Assembly: GCA_965206645.1 (NCBI GenBank)
Contig: CBDBKE010000004.1
Location: 1,312,001 to 1,376,000, forward strand
Length of the DNA: 64,000 bases
Reading direction: 5' to 3'
DNA from: Terriglobia bacterium
Lineage (GTDB): Bacteria; Acidobacteriota; Terriglobia; JAJPHL01; JAPKYU01
Below are positions 1 through 9,882 of the stretch, piece after piece (the first letter of the stretch is position 1; each line of letters starts with the position of its first letter). The translations under genes and the position numbers were made by a program. A model generated the notes under the pieces. That model was not told where the DNA came from. It made no database searches and saw only the letters and a list, made by a program, of their open reading frames with translations.

Positions 1-438
1 TTGCAGCGGCACCTTCATCCGCGCCGCGCTATTGTTGATCATCTCGGTCAACAGTTGCCCGGCGCGTCCCACGAAGGGGAGCCCTTGCGCGTCCTCATCG
101 GCGCCGGGCCCTTCGCCCACAAACACCACCTCAGCTTTCGGGTTGCCGCTGCCGAACACGATCGTGCTCCGACCGCGATGTAGCTTGCAACGGGTGCATT
201 CGCCGAGGTCGGCGCGGACCTCTTCCAGGCTCTTCCGAGGTGTGACGGCCTCGAACAGGTCTCTGGGAGGACCGGCCGGTGCCCTCACCTGCCCCCCTGA
301 GGGTTCGGAGGTGGTAGGCACCCTGGTATCTTCGCCTGCCAAGGGCGGAACCGAGGGAGCCGTCCGCCGCCGATAGAAGGTCTGAATCCCCAACTCCCGA
401 TAGAAGCGGAACCGCTCTTGCCAATCATCGGCCAACAT
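1..438 (-). CDS. udg: Uracil-DNA glycosylase family 4 (partial, runs off left edge)
   Basis: Not in the ORF track. Manual translation from ATG 438: [18 protein letters not shown]...[60 protein letters not shown], with the Fe-S CxxC and GEGPG/PFVGRAG motifs. Confidence 0.92.
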   Translation of the reverse strand, partial: MLADDWQERFRFYRELGIQTFYRRRTAPSVPPLAGEDTRVPTTSEPSGGQVRAPAGPPRDLFEAVTPRKSLEEVRADLGECTRCKLHRGRSTIVFGSGNPKAEVVFVGEGPGADEDAQGLPFVGRAGQLLTEMINNSAARMKVPLQ

Positions 439-490
439 AATGAAGAATTACATGCAAAGTGTGAACCAGCCTTCACGGGGAAGTATGCAA

Positions 491-1705
491 TTAAGCTTTG
501 GTTTTTAGCTCAAAAGTTTTCACTCTCAACTCTCGTACGGTGTCCAGGATGCGGTGTGCCAGTTCAGGCTTCGCCATGCGTGGCAATTCGGTCACGCCGT
601 CGCGGGTCACTAGCACTGCGCTGCTGAAGTCGGAGGCGAACACGCTCTGAGTCACGTCGTTTGCCACCACCAGGTCCAGATTTTTCTCCGTGAGTTTCCG
701 CCGGGCCTGCTCCAGAAGATGCTCGGTTTCGGCGGCGAAACCCACCAGCAGGCGCGTTCCTTTGCGGCAGGAGACCGCCTTGAGAACGTCCGGGGTGCGC
801 GCCAAGTGGAGCGTAAGCGGACCCTCGCGTTTCTTGATCTTCTGGCTGCTGACTTGGGCCGCTCGATAATCGGCAACCGCGGCCGCCTTGATCACCACCG
901 TGGCCTCGGCCAGCCAAGCCAGCACCGCCTGCTCCATTTCCGCGGCGGTGCGCACCGACACGAACTCGACCCCGTCGGGCGGCCGCAGCGCCGTCGGCCC
1001 ACTGACCAGAATGGTGCGGGCACCGCGGCGGAAGGCAGCTTCCGCGACCGCATAGCCCATCTTGCCGCTTGACCGGTTGCTCAGGTAACGCACCGGGTCC
1101 AGCGGTTCCTGGGTGGGGCCGGCGGTCACCAACATCGTCTCTTGTTCCAGGTCGCGTTGGACTCTCAGCATCTCCAGGGTGGCGGCCACGATGCTGGCCG
1201 GAGAGGCCAGACGCCCAGCCCCGGTCATGCCACAGGCCAGGTAGCCTTCGTCGGGCTCAACCACTCGCACTCCCCGCGCGCGCAGCCGCGCCAGGTTGTC
1301 CTCGACCGTCGGGTGTTCCCACATCTGGACGTTCATCGCGGGCGCCACCAACACAGGAGCCCGAGTGGCCAGGTAGAGTGTGGTCAGGAAATCGTCGGCC
1401 ATCCCATGGGCCAACTTCCCCACAATATTCGCCGTCGCCGGTGCCACCACCAGCAGATCGATCGATTGCGCCACGGCAATGTGCTCGATGGCGCTCTCGA
1501 TGTTGGCTTCCCCGCCCGGCCCGGCGAACAGGTCGGTGATCACTTTGCGCCCGGAGAGGGAGGCCAGCGTCAGCGGCGTAAGGAACTCCCGCGCGTGCCG
1601 GGTCATGACCACCTGTACCTCCAGTCCGTTCTGCTGGAGCTGGCGAATCAACTCGGCGCTCTTATAGGCGGCGATGCCTCCCGAAACTCCTAGACAGACT
1701 TTCAT
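491..1705 (-). CDS. coaBC: Bifunctional phosphopantothenoylcysteine decarboxylase/synthetase
   Basis: GGIAAYK, APATAN, PAMN, TAGPTQEPLDPVRYLSNRSSGKMG, AAVAD and GFAAET motifs. Confidence 0.97.
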   Translation of the reverse strand: MKVCLGVSGGIAAYKSAELIRQLQQNGLEVQVVMTRHAREFLTPLTLASLSGRKVITDLFAGPGGEANIESAIEHIAVAQSIDLLVVAPATANIVGKLAHGMADDFLTTLYLATRAPVLVAPAMNVQMWEHPTVEDNLARLRARGVRVVEPDEGYLACGMTGAGRLASPASIVAATLEMLRVQRDLEQETMLVTAGPTQEPLDPVRYLSNRSSGKMGYAVAEAAFRRGARTILVSGPTALRPPDGVEFVSVRTAAEMEQAVLAWLAEATVVIKAAAVADYRAAQVSSQKIKKREGPLTLHLARTPDVLKAVSCRKGTRLLVGFAAETEHLLEQARRKLTEKNLDLVVANDVTQSVFASDFSSAVLVTRDGVTELPRMAKPELAHRILDTVRELRVKTFELKTKA

Positions 1706-1719
1706 GCCGGCACCAAGCG

Positions 1720-1932
1720 CTACTCCTCCGATTTCTCTGGCTCAGGATTTTCCGAAGCCTCAGAAGACTCAAAGGTCACCGCACCTCCGAGGACTTCCTC
1801 TATGGCGATCCGCATTGCTTTCTTCGACGTTGTATGGATGCGCGGCTGCGAGCCTCCCTGCAGTTGACGCGTGCGGCGTGCCGCGGCATGCACGAAACGA
1901 AACTTGCTCTCCAAATCCTCGATTCGCTTCAC
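1720..1932 (-). CDS. rpoZ: RNA polymerase omega subunit
   Basis: GTG start overlaps the gmk stop (GTGA), SD GGAGG upstream; SKFRFVHAAARRTRQLQGG...KAMRIAIEEV; gmk-rpoZ-coaBC synteny. Confidence 0.88.
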   Translation of the reverse strand: MKRIEDLESKFRFVHAAARRTRQLQGGSQPRIHTTSKKAMRIAIEEVLGGAVTFESSEASENPEPEKSEE

Positions 1933-2627
1933 TCGGTGATTGCCTCCCTGAAAGTTTGTTGGATGGGTCCTACGGCCGCCGTGACATTTCGCGTCCGGCA
2001 GCCCTCGGCCAGCTCGAACCAGCGCTGGACCTGTGCGTCGCCCGACCGGCTGCCATGGCGCTTCTTCCAGCGGGCGGCCAGCACGATGGCGCACAACTGC
2101 TCGGTGGATCGGTCTACCGCATCATTGACGATGAGGTAATCATAGTTGGGGAACTTCTCGATCTCGGCGACCGCCCGGCGCAGCCGGTGCTCAATTGCCT
2201 GCTGGGAATCCTCGCCCCGGCGACGCAATCGGGACTCCAGAGTCTGGCGGGAAGGCGGCAAAATGAAGATGGCCAGCGCCTCGGGCAGCCGTTGTTTGAT
2301 CTGCCCAGCGCCTTGCACATCAATATCCAGCACCAAGTCGTGGTCGAGTTGCTGCGCCACGTCCAGAAAACGGCGTGGCGTGCCGTAGAAGTCCTTTCCG
2401 AAAACTTTGGCCCACTCCATAAATTCCCCGCGCTCGATCATCTGCTGGAATTGCTCTTGCGCCACAAAATAATAGTGCTTCCCGTTTTGCTCCAGACCCC
2501 GCGGCTCGCGGGTGGTGTAGGAAACGGAAAAGACCAGCTCTGGCACCGCAGTCAACAACCTGTCGAGCAGTGTAGACTTTCCCGAGCCCGACGGCGCCGA
2601 AACGATAAAGATGCCAATCTGCGACAT
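1929..2627 (-). CDS. gmk: Guanylate kinase
   Basis: [11 protein letters not shown]-loop, SVSYTTREPR, YGTP, LDIDVQGA. Confidence 0.97.
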   Translation of the reverse strand: MSQIGIFIVSAPSGSGKSTLLDRLLTAVPELVFSVSYTTREPRGLEQNGKHYYFVAQEQFQQMIERGEFMEWAKVFGKDFYGTPRRFLDVAQQLDHDLVLDIDVQGAGQIKQRLPEALAIFILPPSRQTLESRLRRRGEDSQQAIEHRLRRAVAEIEKFPNYDYLIVNDAVDRSTEQLCAIVLAARWKKRHGSRSGDAQVQRWFELAEGCRTRNVTAAVGPIQQTFREAITE

Positions 2628-2642
2628 GCCCCGTCCTGGCCC

Positions 2643-3548
2643 CTACTGTAGATTTTGTACCTGCTCGCGAAGCTTTTCAATCTCGGCCTTCAACCGCAGT
2701 GCTAGTCCGGTGATCTTCAGGCCCGCCTCGCCCAGCCCGGATGTCTTGGCCAGGACGGTGTTCGCCTCGCGGTTCATCTCCTGCAGCAGGAAATCCAGGC
2801 GCTTGCCCGCCTCGCCGGATTCCTCGGGCGAGTGGAGCAAGGCGTGGAACTGCTGCCGGTGACTTTTCAGGCGCAATAACTCCTCGCTGACGTCGCTGCG
2901 CTCGGCCAGCAGTGCGGCCTCCTGGACCAGCCGCTCGGGAGGCAGGTGGTCGGCCAGCAGCTCGGCCAGGCGTTCGCGGAGGCGCTCCAGGCAGAGGGGC
3001 TCAGCGTCGGCGCGCAGGCGTTCAATCTCTTCGGTGGCGCGACCGACCTCCTCCAGACGTGCGCTCATCTCTGCGGCAATGTTCCCGCCTTCCTCGGTGC
3101 GCATGGCGTCCAGCCGCCCGAGCGCTTCCAGCAGAGTCTCAAGCACCAGCGTCTCCATCCCCTGCTCCTCAGCCGATCCTGGCAATACCGGAACGTACCG
3201 GACCGCGCCGGGCACTTTCAGGATGGTGCTCAGATCAGGCTCTGCCGAAAGCCCAAACTCGCTGCGCAGGCGGCTGTAGGCTTCCAGGTAGGCGCCGACC
3301 AGTGCGCGGTCCATGTGAACCTCCACGCCGCCATCTCGCTCCAGCACCACCGTGACGTCCAAATGGCCGCGCCGCAGATGTTGGCGCATCATGCGCCGCA
3401 GCTTGGGCTCCAGCGGCTCCAGCTCCGTGGACAGCTTCAGACGCATGTCCAGAAAGCGGTGGTTGACGCTTTTCACCCTCACGGTGACGGCCACTGTGTC
3501 GGTGCGGCGGGAGGCCGCCGCATAGCCGGTCATACTGCGCAGCATCAA
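2643..3548 (-). CDS. yicC: YicC/YloC family endoribonuclease
   Basis: RSMTGY, KSVNHRFLD, DVSEELLRLKSH, GKRLDFLLQEMNREANT, EKLREQVQN. Confidence 0.95.
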   Translation of the reverse strand: MMLRSMTGYAAASRRTDTVAVTVRVKSVNHRFLDMRLKLSTELEPLEPKLRRMMRQHLRRGHLDVTVVLERDGGVEVHMDRALVGAYLEAYSRLRSEFGLSAEPDLSTILKVPGAVRYVPVLPGSAEEQGMETLVLETLLEALGRLDAMRTEEGGNIAAEMSARLEEVGRATEEIERLRADAEPLCLERLRERLAELLADHLPPERLVQEAALLAERSDVSEELLRLKSHRQQFHALLHSPEESGEAGKRLDFLLQEMNREANTVLAKTSGLGEAGLKITGLALRLKAEIEKLREQVQNLQ

Positions 3549-3653
3549 GAACAGGTGTCAGGTTTCCGAGGTCAGGTGTTCGGCCGGAAACGGGTTGCTC
3601 GTCAGACTTTGGACCTTGGACCCAGGAAGTGATCCGGCTCAGGCGTCCACAAA

Positions 3654-5450
3654 CTACAACTGGTGGAGCCGGCGGTAGACACCCCCGCTTTCCAACAATT
3701 CTGCGTGCGTGCCCACCTCCACAATTGTACCACGGTCGAGCACCACAATTTTGTCGGCGCGCCGGACGGTGGCCAGCCGGTGGGCAATGACGAACACGGT
3801 GCGGCCGATCATCAGGTTTCCCAGCGCCTTCTGCACAAGGAGCTCCGACTCGCTATCGAGCTCAGAAGTGGCTTCGTCCAGGATCAGGATCGGGGGGTTT
3901 TTCAGCAGAGCGCGCGCTATCGCCAGGCGTTGACGCTGCCCGCCACTGAGCCGGGCGCCGCGTTCCCCGATCACGGTGTCGTAGCCACGGGGGAGCTGGA
4001 GGATGAATTCGTGAGCCATCGCCGCCCGCGCCGCGACGAAGACCTGCTCGTCGGGCGTGTCGACTCGGCCATAGCAGATGTTGTTCCGAACCGTCTCGTC
4101 GAACAGGAAGGTCTCCTGGGTGACCATGCCGATCTGGGCCCGCAGCGAGGCCAGCGTCAGGTCGCGCACGTCGTGCCCGTCAATGAGCACCCCCCCGTCG
4201 GTCGTGTCGTAGAAGCGGGGAATCAGGTTGACCAGGCTGGTCTTCCCTACCCCGCTGGGTCCCACAATGGCCACCACCTCACCCCGCTCGGCCCGCAGGT
4301 GAATGCGGCGCAACAGGGGCTGTTCCCTCTCGTAGTGAAACGAGACATGATCGAAGACCACTGCCTCGCGGAAGGGTGGCAGATGGATGGCTCCCGCTTT
4401 CTCGCGTACTCCCTCGCGGACGTCCAGGTACTGGAAGACCTTGGCCGAAGCGCCCAGCGCCTGCTGGAAGGCATTGCTGATGCCGGTGAGGCGCTTCACC
4501 GGCTCGTACATCTTCAGCAGCGCGTAGATAAGCACCAGGAAGGCGCCCGGCGTCAGCACGTCGGCCTTGATGCGGTCGCGCCCTACCCACAGGAGCACCA
4601 CGATCATCAGCGCCCCCAGCAACTCCATCAGCGGCGAAGTCAACGACTGCGCGCGCACGTACCGCAGGTTCACCCGGAATAGACGCCGGGCCGCTTCACG
4701 AAACCGGCCCAGTTCGAACTTCTCCATGGCGAAGGCCTTCACAATGCGGATGCCGCTGATGGTTTCCTGAAGGATCTGGCTGATCTCGGCCAGGTTATCT
4801 TGGCTCTTGCGGGTCGAGCGGCGCACGCGGCGACCGATCTTAGTCGCGGTGTAAAGCACCACGGCAACCAGCAGAGGCAAGGCAACCAAGGCCAGCTTTG
4901 CGTCCAGCAGCAGCACCACCACGACCATTCCCATCAGGGTGAAGCTCTGGCGCAGAAAATCAGCCAGCACGTGCGACACCGCCAACTGGATCTTTTCGAT
5001 GTCGTTGACGATGGCCGACATCAGTCGGCCCGTGGCCTTCCCCTGGAAGAAGCGCAACGGCTGGTGAATGACCTTCCCGTAGAGTTGGTTGCGCAGATCG
5101 GTCACCACTGCAAAGCCGATGTAGTTGACCAGGTAGCTGGCCAAGTATTCGCAGATGGCCTTGCCCAGGGTGACCACCACGATCACCACCGCCACCACGG
5201 TCCAGGCGTTGTGGATCCAGTCGGGAACGAACATCCGCAGGTCCAGCGAACGCTCCCAGATGGGCACGCTTTTCACCAGCATGACCGCATCATCAGGCGA
5301 GCTGGGATTCAGAACGCGGTCAAAGACAGGACCGATCAGCAGCGCCGTGAGGGCTTCAAAGGCGCCTACCCCCGCCATCAACACCACCGAGATCAAGAGG
5401 CGGAACCAGTAGGGGCGGACGTACCGCAGCAGGCGGAACAGCTCCGACAT
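3654..5450 (-). CDS. msbA: MsbA-like ABC exporter (TMD plus NBD)
   Basis: Six-TM domain, GPSGVGKT, LSGGQRQR, ILILDEATSELD, IAHRL. Confidence 0.82.
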   Translation of the reverse strand: MSELFRLLRYVRPYWFRLLISVVLMAGVGAFEALTALLIGPVFDRVLNPSSPDDAVMLVKSVPIWERSLDLRMFVPDWIHNAWTVVAVVIVVVTLGKAICEYLASYLVNYIGFAVVTDLRNQLYGKVIHQPLRFFQGKATGRLMSAIVNDIEKIQLAVSHVLADFLRQSFTLMGMVVVVLLLDAKLALVALPLLVAVVLYTATKIGRRVRRSTRKSQDNLAEISQILQETISGIRIVKAFAMEKFELGRFREAARRLFRVNLRYVRAQSLTSPLMELLGALMIVVLLWVGRDRIKADVLTPGAFLVLIYALLKMYEPVKRLTGISNAFQQALGASAKVFQYLDVREGVREKAGAIHLPPFREAVVFDHVSFHYEREQPLLRRIHLRAERGEVVAIVGPSGVGKTSLVNLIPRFYDTTDGGVLIDGHDVRDLTLASLRAQIGMVTQETFLFDETVRNNICYGRVDTPDEQVFVAARAAMAHEFILQLPRGYDTVIGERGARLSGGQRQRLAIARALLKNPPILILDEATSELDSESELLVQKALGNLMIGRTVFVIAHRLATVRRADKIVVLDRGTIVEVGTHAELLESGGVYRRLHQL

Positions 5451-5485
5451 CTAGCCACTATTCTAGCAGACCGCCAGGTGGCCAC

Positions 5486-6055
5486 TTAGCCGGAAAACAG
5501 TGCTTCTTCCACGGGGTGGTACACGAGTTGGCCGGCTTCGACCTGTGCACCAGCGGTGAGCCGATGCAAACGAGTTTGGCCGGGCCCCAGGATGTGGAGG
5601 ACCTGCCAGCCGCGCACGGTAAGGAAGTCGGAGAGCAGCATGCGGTGGCAGCGCCAATAGAGGCGCTCCGCGCACAGGTAGGCGGTGGTGCGGGCCCCGG
5701 CCAGGCTCATCAGCTCGCGGGCAGCCCGTTGGAATTCGGAAGTGCTCATGTGGTCGGCGTAGTTGCGGAAGCCCCTGACCCGCAGGCCGGTGTGCGGCGA
5801 GTCGGGCCGCAGCGCCCGGCGGTAGCCTCCCAGCTCGCGAAACCAGCGGTATTCAATGCCGGCCGCGGTTACCGCCGCCTCGAGCGCCTCACGGGAAAAC
5901 CAGGGATGGCGGCGCGAGGCGGGGAAGCTGCGAATGTCGGCCAGCAGGCGGATGCCAAACTCGCCCAGCAACGCCAGCAATTGTCCCTGCGCCTGCGTGG
6001 AATGCCCGACCGTATAGACCACTGAACCTGTCACCGAACCCGGTCTTTCAGCCAA
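5486..6055 (-). CDS. DUF488 family protein
   Basis: YTVGHST, LADIRSFPASRRHP, LGGYR, GFRNYADHM, CAERLYWRCHRMLLSD. Confidence 0.85.
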   Translation of the reverse strand: MAERPGSVTGSVVYTVGHSTQAQGQLLALLGEFGIRLLADIRSFPASRRHPWFSREALEAAVTAAGIEYRWFRELGGYRRALRPDSPHTGLRVRGFRNYADHMSTSEFQRAARELMSLAGARTTAYLCAERLYWRCHRMLLSDFLTVRGWQVLHILGPGQTRLHRLTAGAQVEAGQLVYHPVEEALFSG

Positions 6056-6171
6056 TCGCCATCAGCAATGCTGACACGGCGGGTTTACACGCCTACGGGC
6101 CGCTGCGGCGTGCGGGGCAGAACTGAAGTCCCCTGAATGCGGACGAGTCGATTCCCAGCGATGGCCGACCG

Positions 6172-6987
6172 TCAACCGGTTCCGTGCGTGGGCAGAGGCA
6201 CCGCGTAGACCCCCTGAAAAATCTCTCCGAAAACGCGCACCAGCTCCGGATGAATCAAGCCGTTGGAAGCCACAAGAGTCTCGCTGCTCAAGTTGTAGGG
6301 ACCACCGCGCATGTCGGTGACGCGCCCGCCAGCTTCGGTCACCAGTACCATGCCGGCGGCAACGTCCCAGGGGTTGAGGTGGAACTCCCAGAAGGCATCC
6401 ATGCGGCCGCAGGCCACGTAGCAAAGATCCAGGGCGGCCGAGCCGGCCCGGCGTACGCCGTGGCTGACCATGTTGAGCTGGTAGTAGAAGTGGATGTTGG
6501 GGTTCTCGTGCCGGCGGCGCGCGGGGAAGCCGGTAGCCAGCAGGGACTGTGGAAGGGCGGCTATAGATGAAACCCGGATGGGGCGGTTGTTGAGCCAGGC
6601 GCCGGCTCCCCTTTCCGCAGTAAACAGCTCGTCGCGTATCGGGTCGTAAACCACGCCCACCACCCCCTCGCCGGCCCGCTCCAACCCGATCGAGACGCAA
6701 AAGAAGGGGAAGCTGTGGGCAAAGTTGGTGGTGCCGTCCACCGGATCCACGTACCAACAGTAGGGCGAATCGCTGGCATGACCACCCCCTTCCTCAGCGA
6801 CGATGGCGTGGTCAGGGAAATGAGCGCGCAGGCGCTCCACAATCAGGCGCTCCGAGGCACGGTCGGCCTCGGTCACTATGTCCACTCCGTCCTTGTACTC
6901 GACACGCACGCGCCGCTCGAAGATAGGCAGCAGCAGGCCGCCCGCAGCGCGCGCAATCTCGATGGCCGTGGTGAGAAAGTCAGGCAT
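6172..6987 (-). CDS. suhB: Inositol monophosphatase family protein
   Basis: DIVTEAD, WYVDPVDGTTNFAH, RRAGSAALDL, WDVAAG. Confidence 0.93.
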   Translation of the reverse strand: MPDFLTTAIEIARAAGGLLLPIFERRVRVEYKDGVDIVTEADRASERLIVERLRAHFPDHAIVAEEGGGHASDSPYCWYVDPVDGTTNFAHSFPFFCVSIGLERAGEGVVGVVYDPIRDELFTAERGAGAWLNNRPIRVSSIAALPQSLLATGFPARRRHENPNIHFYYQLNMVSHGVRRAGSAALDLCYVACGRMDAFWEFHLNPWDVAAGMVLVTEAGGRVTDMRGGPYNLSSETLVASNGLIHPELVRVFGEIFQGVYAVPLPTHGTG

Positions 6988-7011
6988 CTAGGTCAGGTTT
7001 GGGAGCGGAGT

Positions 7012-7299
7012 TCAGGGCTCAGCCAGAGGCTCGTCTTGTGCCGGCGCGGCCGGCTGCTCCTCATACAGGTACTTGATCTTGGACTTGAAGATGAACAGGT
7101 TCGGTTCCCCTTCCCGGGTCACGCGAATGAACCGCCGGTCGTAATACTCAATGAAGCCCTTCACCACCTCGCCCGAGATGAGCTTCACGACTACCGGAGT
7201 CTGGGTATGTGCCAGGTAACGAAGATAGGCGGCCTCCCGGTGAGTCTCCGCCGGGGCACGCTCGTTCGGATGGCGCGAGAAATCTTTTTGCATAGTCAC
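7012..7299 (-). CDS. Hfq/Sm-like RNA chaperone paralogue
   Basis: Sm-fold pattern PVVVKLISGEVVKGFIEYYD followed by LFIFKSKIKYL (compare Hfq YKHAI). Confidence 0.65.
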   Translation of the reverse strand: MTMQKDFSRHPNERAPAETHREAAYLRYLAHTQTPVVVKLISGEVVKGFIEYYDRRFIRVTREGEPNLFIFKSKIKYLYEEQPAAPAQDEPLAEP

Positions 7300-7583
7300 T
7301 TGGGCAGCCCGGCCCGCACCTGGCGTTCCCCAGCCGCCACTGCCCAGGCGCTGCCGATGGGCGCACGCTGGCCGGTCAGCACTGCATAGTTGCGCAGAAA
7401 ATGGCCGCGCAGGTGCGCCGGCACCAGAGGCACCTTGCGCATAGCGTCCATCTCCCAGCGTTCCACGACGATGGGCGGCGAACGGCTTCCAGGTCCGATA
7501 CGCTCCGCCGACGACTCGCGCGCCTGGGCGCCTGAGTGATCCGTGGGCGTGTGCGATTCGCCTTCTTTCTCATCCTGGCCCAT
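7296..7583 (-). CDS. Hypothetical protein
   Basis: 95-aa ORF with a GTGA overlap onto the Hfq-like gene; no recognisable motif. Confidence 0.4.
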   Translation of the reverse strand: MGQDEKEGESHTPTDHSGAQARESSAERIGPGSRSPPIVVERWEMDAMRKVPLVPAHLRGHFLRNYAVLTGQRAPIGSAWAVAAGERQVRAGLPK

Positions 7584-7637
7584 CCTGGGTACCCGACTGA
7601 GCCGAGCTGGTTTCTGCGAGACTTCGCTCCGTTCCTC

Positions 7638-8552
7638 TCAGTCGTCACTTAAATAATACCCTTTGCGCGCCCGCACGGTAAAGGAAGGATCTTTGGCCCG
7701 CACTTCCAGGCGCCGGTAGGTGCCGGCTTCCAGTTGCGGTGAAGCGTAGTAGCCCAGCAGGTACTGCCTGCGGAGTTCCTCGCCGATGGCGGCAAAAACG
7801 GGGTCCAGATGGGCCAGTGAGTCGGGAGTGAAAGCGCGCCCGCCCGTGCCCTCGGAAAACAACTGGAGAGAGTGCTCGCCACCGATGTTCCGCCCGGCCT
7901 CGCCGCGGACGGGCACGATCACCACGCTGTAGATGACGGCATCGGCCTGCTGAGCCGCGCGCAGCGCAGGGTGAAAGGTGCTGTCGCTGGTCGTGTCCCC
8001 ACCGTCAGTAATCAGGATCATCACCTTGCGGCCCCGTTGCGTTCGCAATTCGTCGGAAGCCAGGTAGATGGCGTCGAACAGCGAAGTGCCCCCGTGGGGG
8101 CGCACCTTACGCACGGCCTTCTCCAGCCGCGTGGCGCTGGCCGTGAAAGGGGCGATCTGGGTGACGCTCTCGGTGAAGGTAAACAGCGCAATCCGGTCTT
8201 GCGGCCGCAGGATGGAGCGGATAAAACGGATCGCCGATTCCTTCTCGAACTTCAAGTCTTTGGCGGTGGAAAGGCTGGCATCGAGCATCAGCGCGATGGA
8301 AAGCGGCAGGTCCGCTTCGCGGCTGAACACCCGAACCTGCTGCAACTTGCCCTCCTCGTAAACTTCAAAGTCTTCCTTGCCTAAGTCCGAGGCCAACCGC
8401 CCGCTTCGGTCGCGCACCGTGGCCAGGATGTTGACCAACCGGACGGCAACTTTGACGGAGGTGGTTTGGGACGCAGCGGGCGGTTGGCAGTAGGCAGTTG
8501 GCAGCAGGCAGCAGGCGGACACCAGCCACAGAGTGCGCCGGCCAATGTGCAT
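7638..8552 (-). CDS. VWA domain protein (acidobacterial VWFA-related type)
   Basis: Signal peptide, VRLVNILATVRDRSG, MIDAS DASLS, GGTSLFDAI, LITDGGD, ELRRQYLLGY, VRARKGY. Start chosen by inference. Confidence 0.88.
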   Translation of the reverse strand: MHIGRRTLWLVSACCLLPTAYCQPPAASQTTSVKVAVRLVNILATVRDRSGRLASDLGKEDFEVYEEGKLQQVRVFSREADLPLSIALMLDASLSTAKDLKFEKESAIRFIRSILRPQDRIALFTFTESVTQIAPFTASATRLEKAVRKVRPHGGTSLFDAIYLASDELRTQRGRKVMILITDGGDTTSDSTFHPALRAAQQADAVIYSVVIVPVRGEAGRNIGGEHSLQLFSEGTGGRAFTPDSLAHLDPVFAAIGEELRRQYLLGYYASPQLEAGTYRRLEVRAKDPSFTVRARKGYYLSDD

Positions 8553-8604
8553 GTTCACTAGGAAGACGCGGCTCCAGATCAACAGGTTCCGCCTAGCCCC
8601 AGAT

Positions 8605-9414
8605 TCACCCGGAGGGCGCACGCTCAACCGCAGAGCTCGAATCTTCGACCGTGGCCTTCCGAGTTGGGGCTTCGGAGCTTCGACCTGGAACCTGCGCCAC
8701 AAACGCCTTGTCCCATTCTCCGTCCGCCCATATGGCGCCGTCGGCGAAGTACTCCTTCTTCCAGATGGGCACCGTTTTCTTCAGCCGGTCAATGGTGTAC
8801 CGGCAGGCTTCAAAGGCCGGATGGCGGTGGGGCGAGGTCACCGCGATTGCCACGCTGGCTTCGCCGATTTCCAGGCGGCCCAGGCGGTGCAGGATGCCAA
8901 TGCGGTCGATGGACCAGCGCCGACGGGCCTCGCGGGCCAGCGCACGCATCTGCTCCAGCGCCATCGGTTCGTATGCCTCGTATTCCAGGTAGAGGGTAGT
9001 CCTGCCCCCGGAGTGGTTCCGGACCACGCCTTCAAAGACTACCACCGCGCCGTCTTCGGCCCGCTGCAGGCGAGTCACCAGGGCGCGGGTATCAATCGGC
9101 TCGCGGACGATCGCTACTAATTCCACATCTGGCTCTGCAGTTGGTTCTGACTCCGGCGTTGCCGCCTGGCTGCCGCCGGAAACGGGTGGAAGGAAGGCGA
9201 CCTCGTCGCCGTCGGCCAGCATCGCTGAAGAATCGCCGAATTCGTGGTTGCGGGCCAGCACCACCGCGTGGCGCATCGCTCCCAGGCGCGGAAATCTTCC
9301 AGCGTAACTTTCAAACAGGCTCTGCAGATCGCTGCCTTCTAGTACTTGAACTTCTTCTTTAGATTTTCCCGTGATGTCCTTGATTTGCCCAAAGAACAGG
9401 ACGCGGACTCGCAT
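8605..9414 (-). CDS. moaDE: Fused molybdopterin synthase MoaD-MoaE (MoaX-type)
   Basis: MRVRVLFFG...DEVAFLPPVSGG (MoaD), linker, then GAVVVFEGVVR, LEYEAY, HRLG, VPIWKKE (MoaE). Confidence 0.93.
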   Translation of the reverse strand: MRVRVLFFGQIKDITGKSKEEVQVLEGSDLQSLFESYAGRFPRLGAMRHAVVLARNHEFGDSSAMLADGDEVAFLPPVSGGSQAATPESEPTAEPDVELVAIVREPIDTRALVTRLQRAEDGAVVVFEGVVRNHSGGRTTLYLEYEAYEPMALEQMRALAREARRRWSIDRIGILHRLGRLEIGEASVAIAVTSPHRHPAFEACRYTIDRLKKTVPIWKKEYFADGAIWADGEWDKAFVAQVPGRSSEAPTRKATVEDSSSAVERAPSG

Positions 9415-9428
9415 CCGACCTCCCAGCC

Positions 9429-9662
9429 CTACCCTTTGCTCAGTTCCCGGCCCGGCCGCTCCGAGAGCTTCATCCACTCCAGGCAGTCATGTCCCAGCAC
9501 CTGCACACCGCTGAGGAACTCAACCTGCGCATTGCGGAAGTGCTTCCAGGCCAGAGACTGGCGACATCGCGAAGGCAAGACCTGGGCTAGGTCAGGAAAC
9601 AGGGGCCGAGCGGGCCGCCCCCGATGCACGTTGCGCGGCTTTTTTCTTCCCGGGTTGGCCAT
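9429..9662 (-). CDS. Small hypothetical protein
   Basis: SD AAGGAG before ATG 9662; helical segment KHFRNAQVEFLSGVQVL; stop 14 nt before the moaDE start. Confidence 0.45.
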   Translation of the reverse strand: MANPGRKKPRNVHRGRPARPLFPDLAQVLPSRCRQSLAWKHFRNAQVEFLSGVQVLGHDCLEWMKLSERPGRELSKG

Positions 9663-9882
9663 CTTGCTCTCCTTTTCCAAAGTACTCTTGAGCCAAACAT
9701 ACCACAACTGGCCACAACTGGGGCTATCGCCAGGACTGAACCCGGACCGGCAGGGATGCGGCAGCGGGCGAGGCAGTAAATGTGCCCGTTTTCTGGTGAG
9801 GTTATCTGGTACGGTGTGGGGTGATTGTCGAGTAGTCCGGGCCAACCATCGGGGCTCGTGGGCATTCACCCGGAACGCAGTT

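Noticed and set aside
3550-3625. Degenerate heptamer repeats (tcaggtg, gaccttg); similar purine/pyrimidine tracts at 45930-46035
   Set aside because: Too short and degenerate to call an element; probably loose intergenic hairpins.
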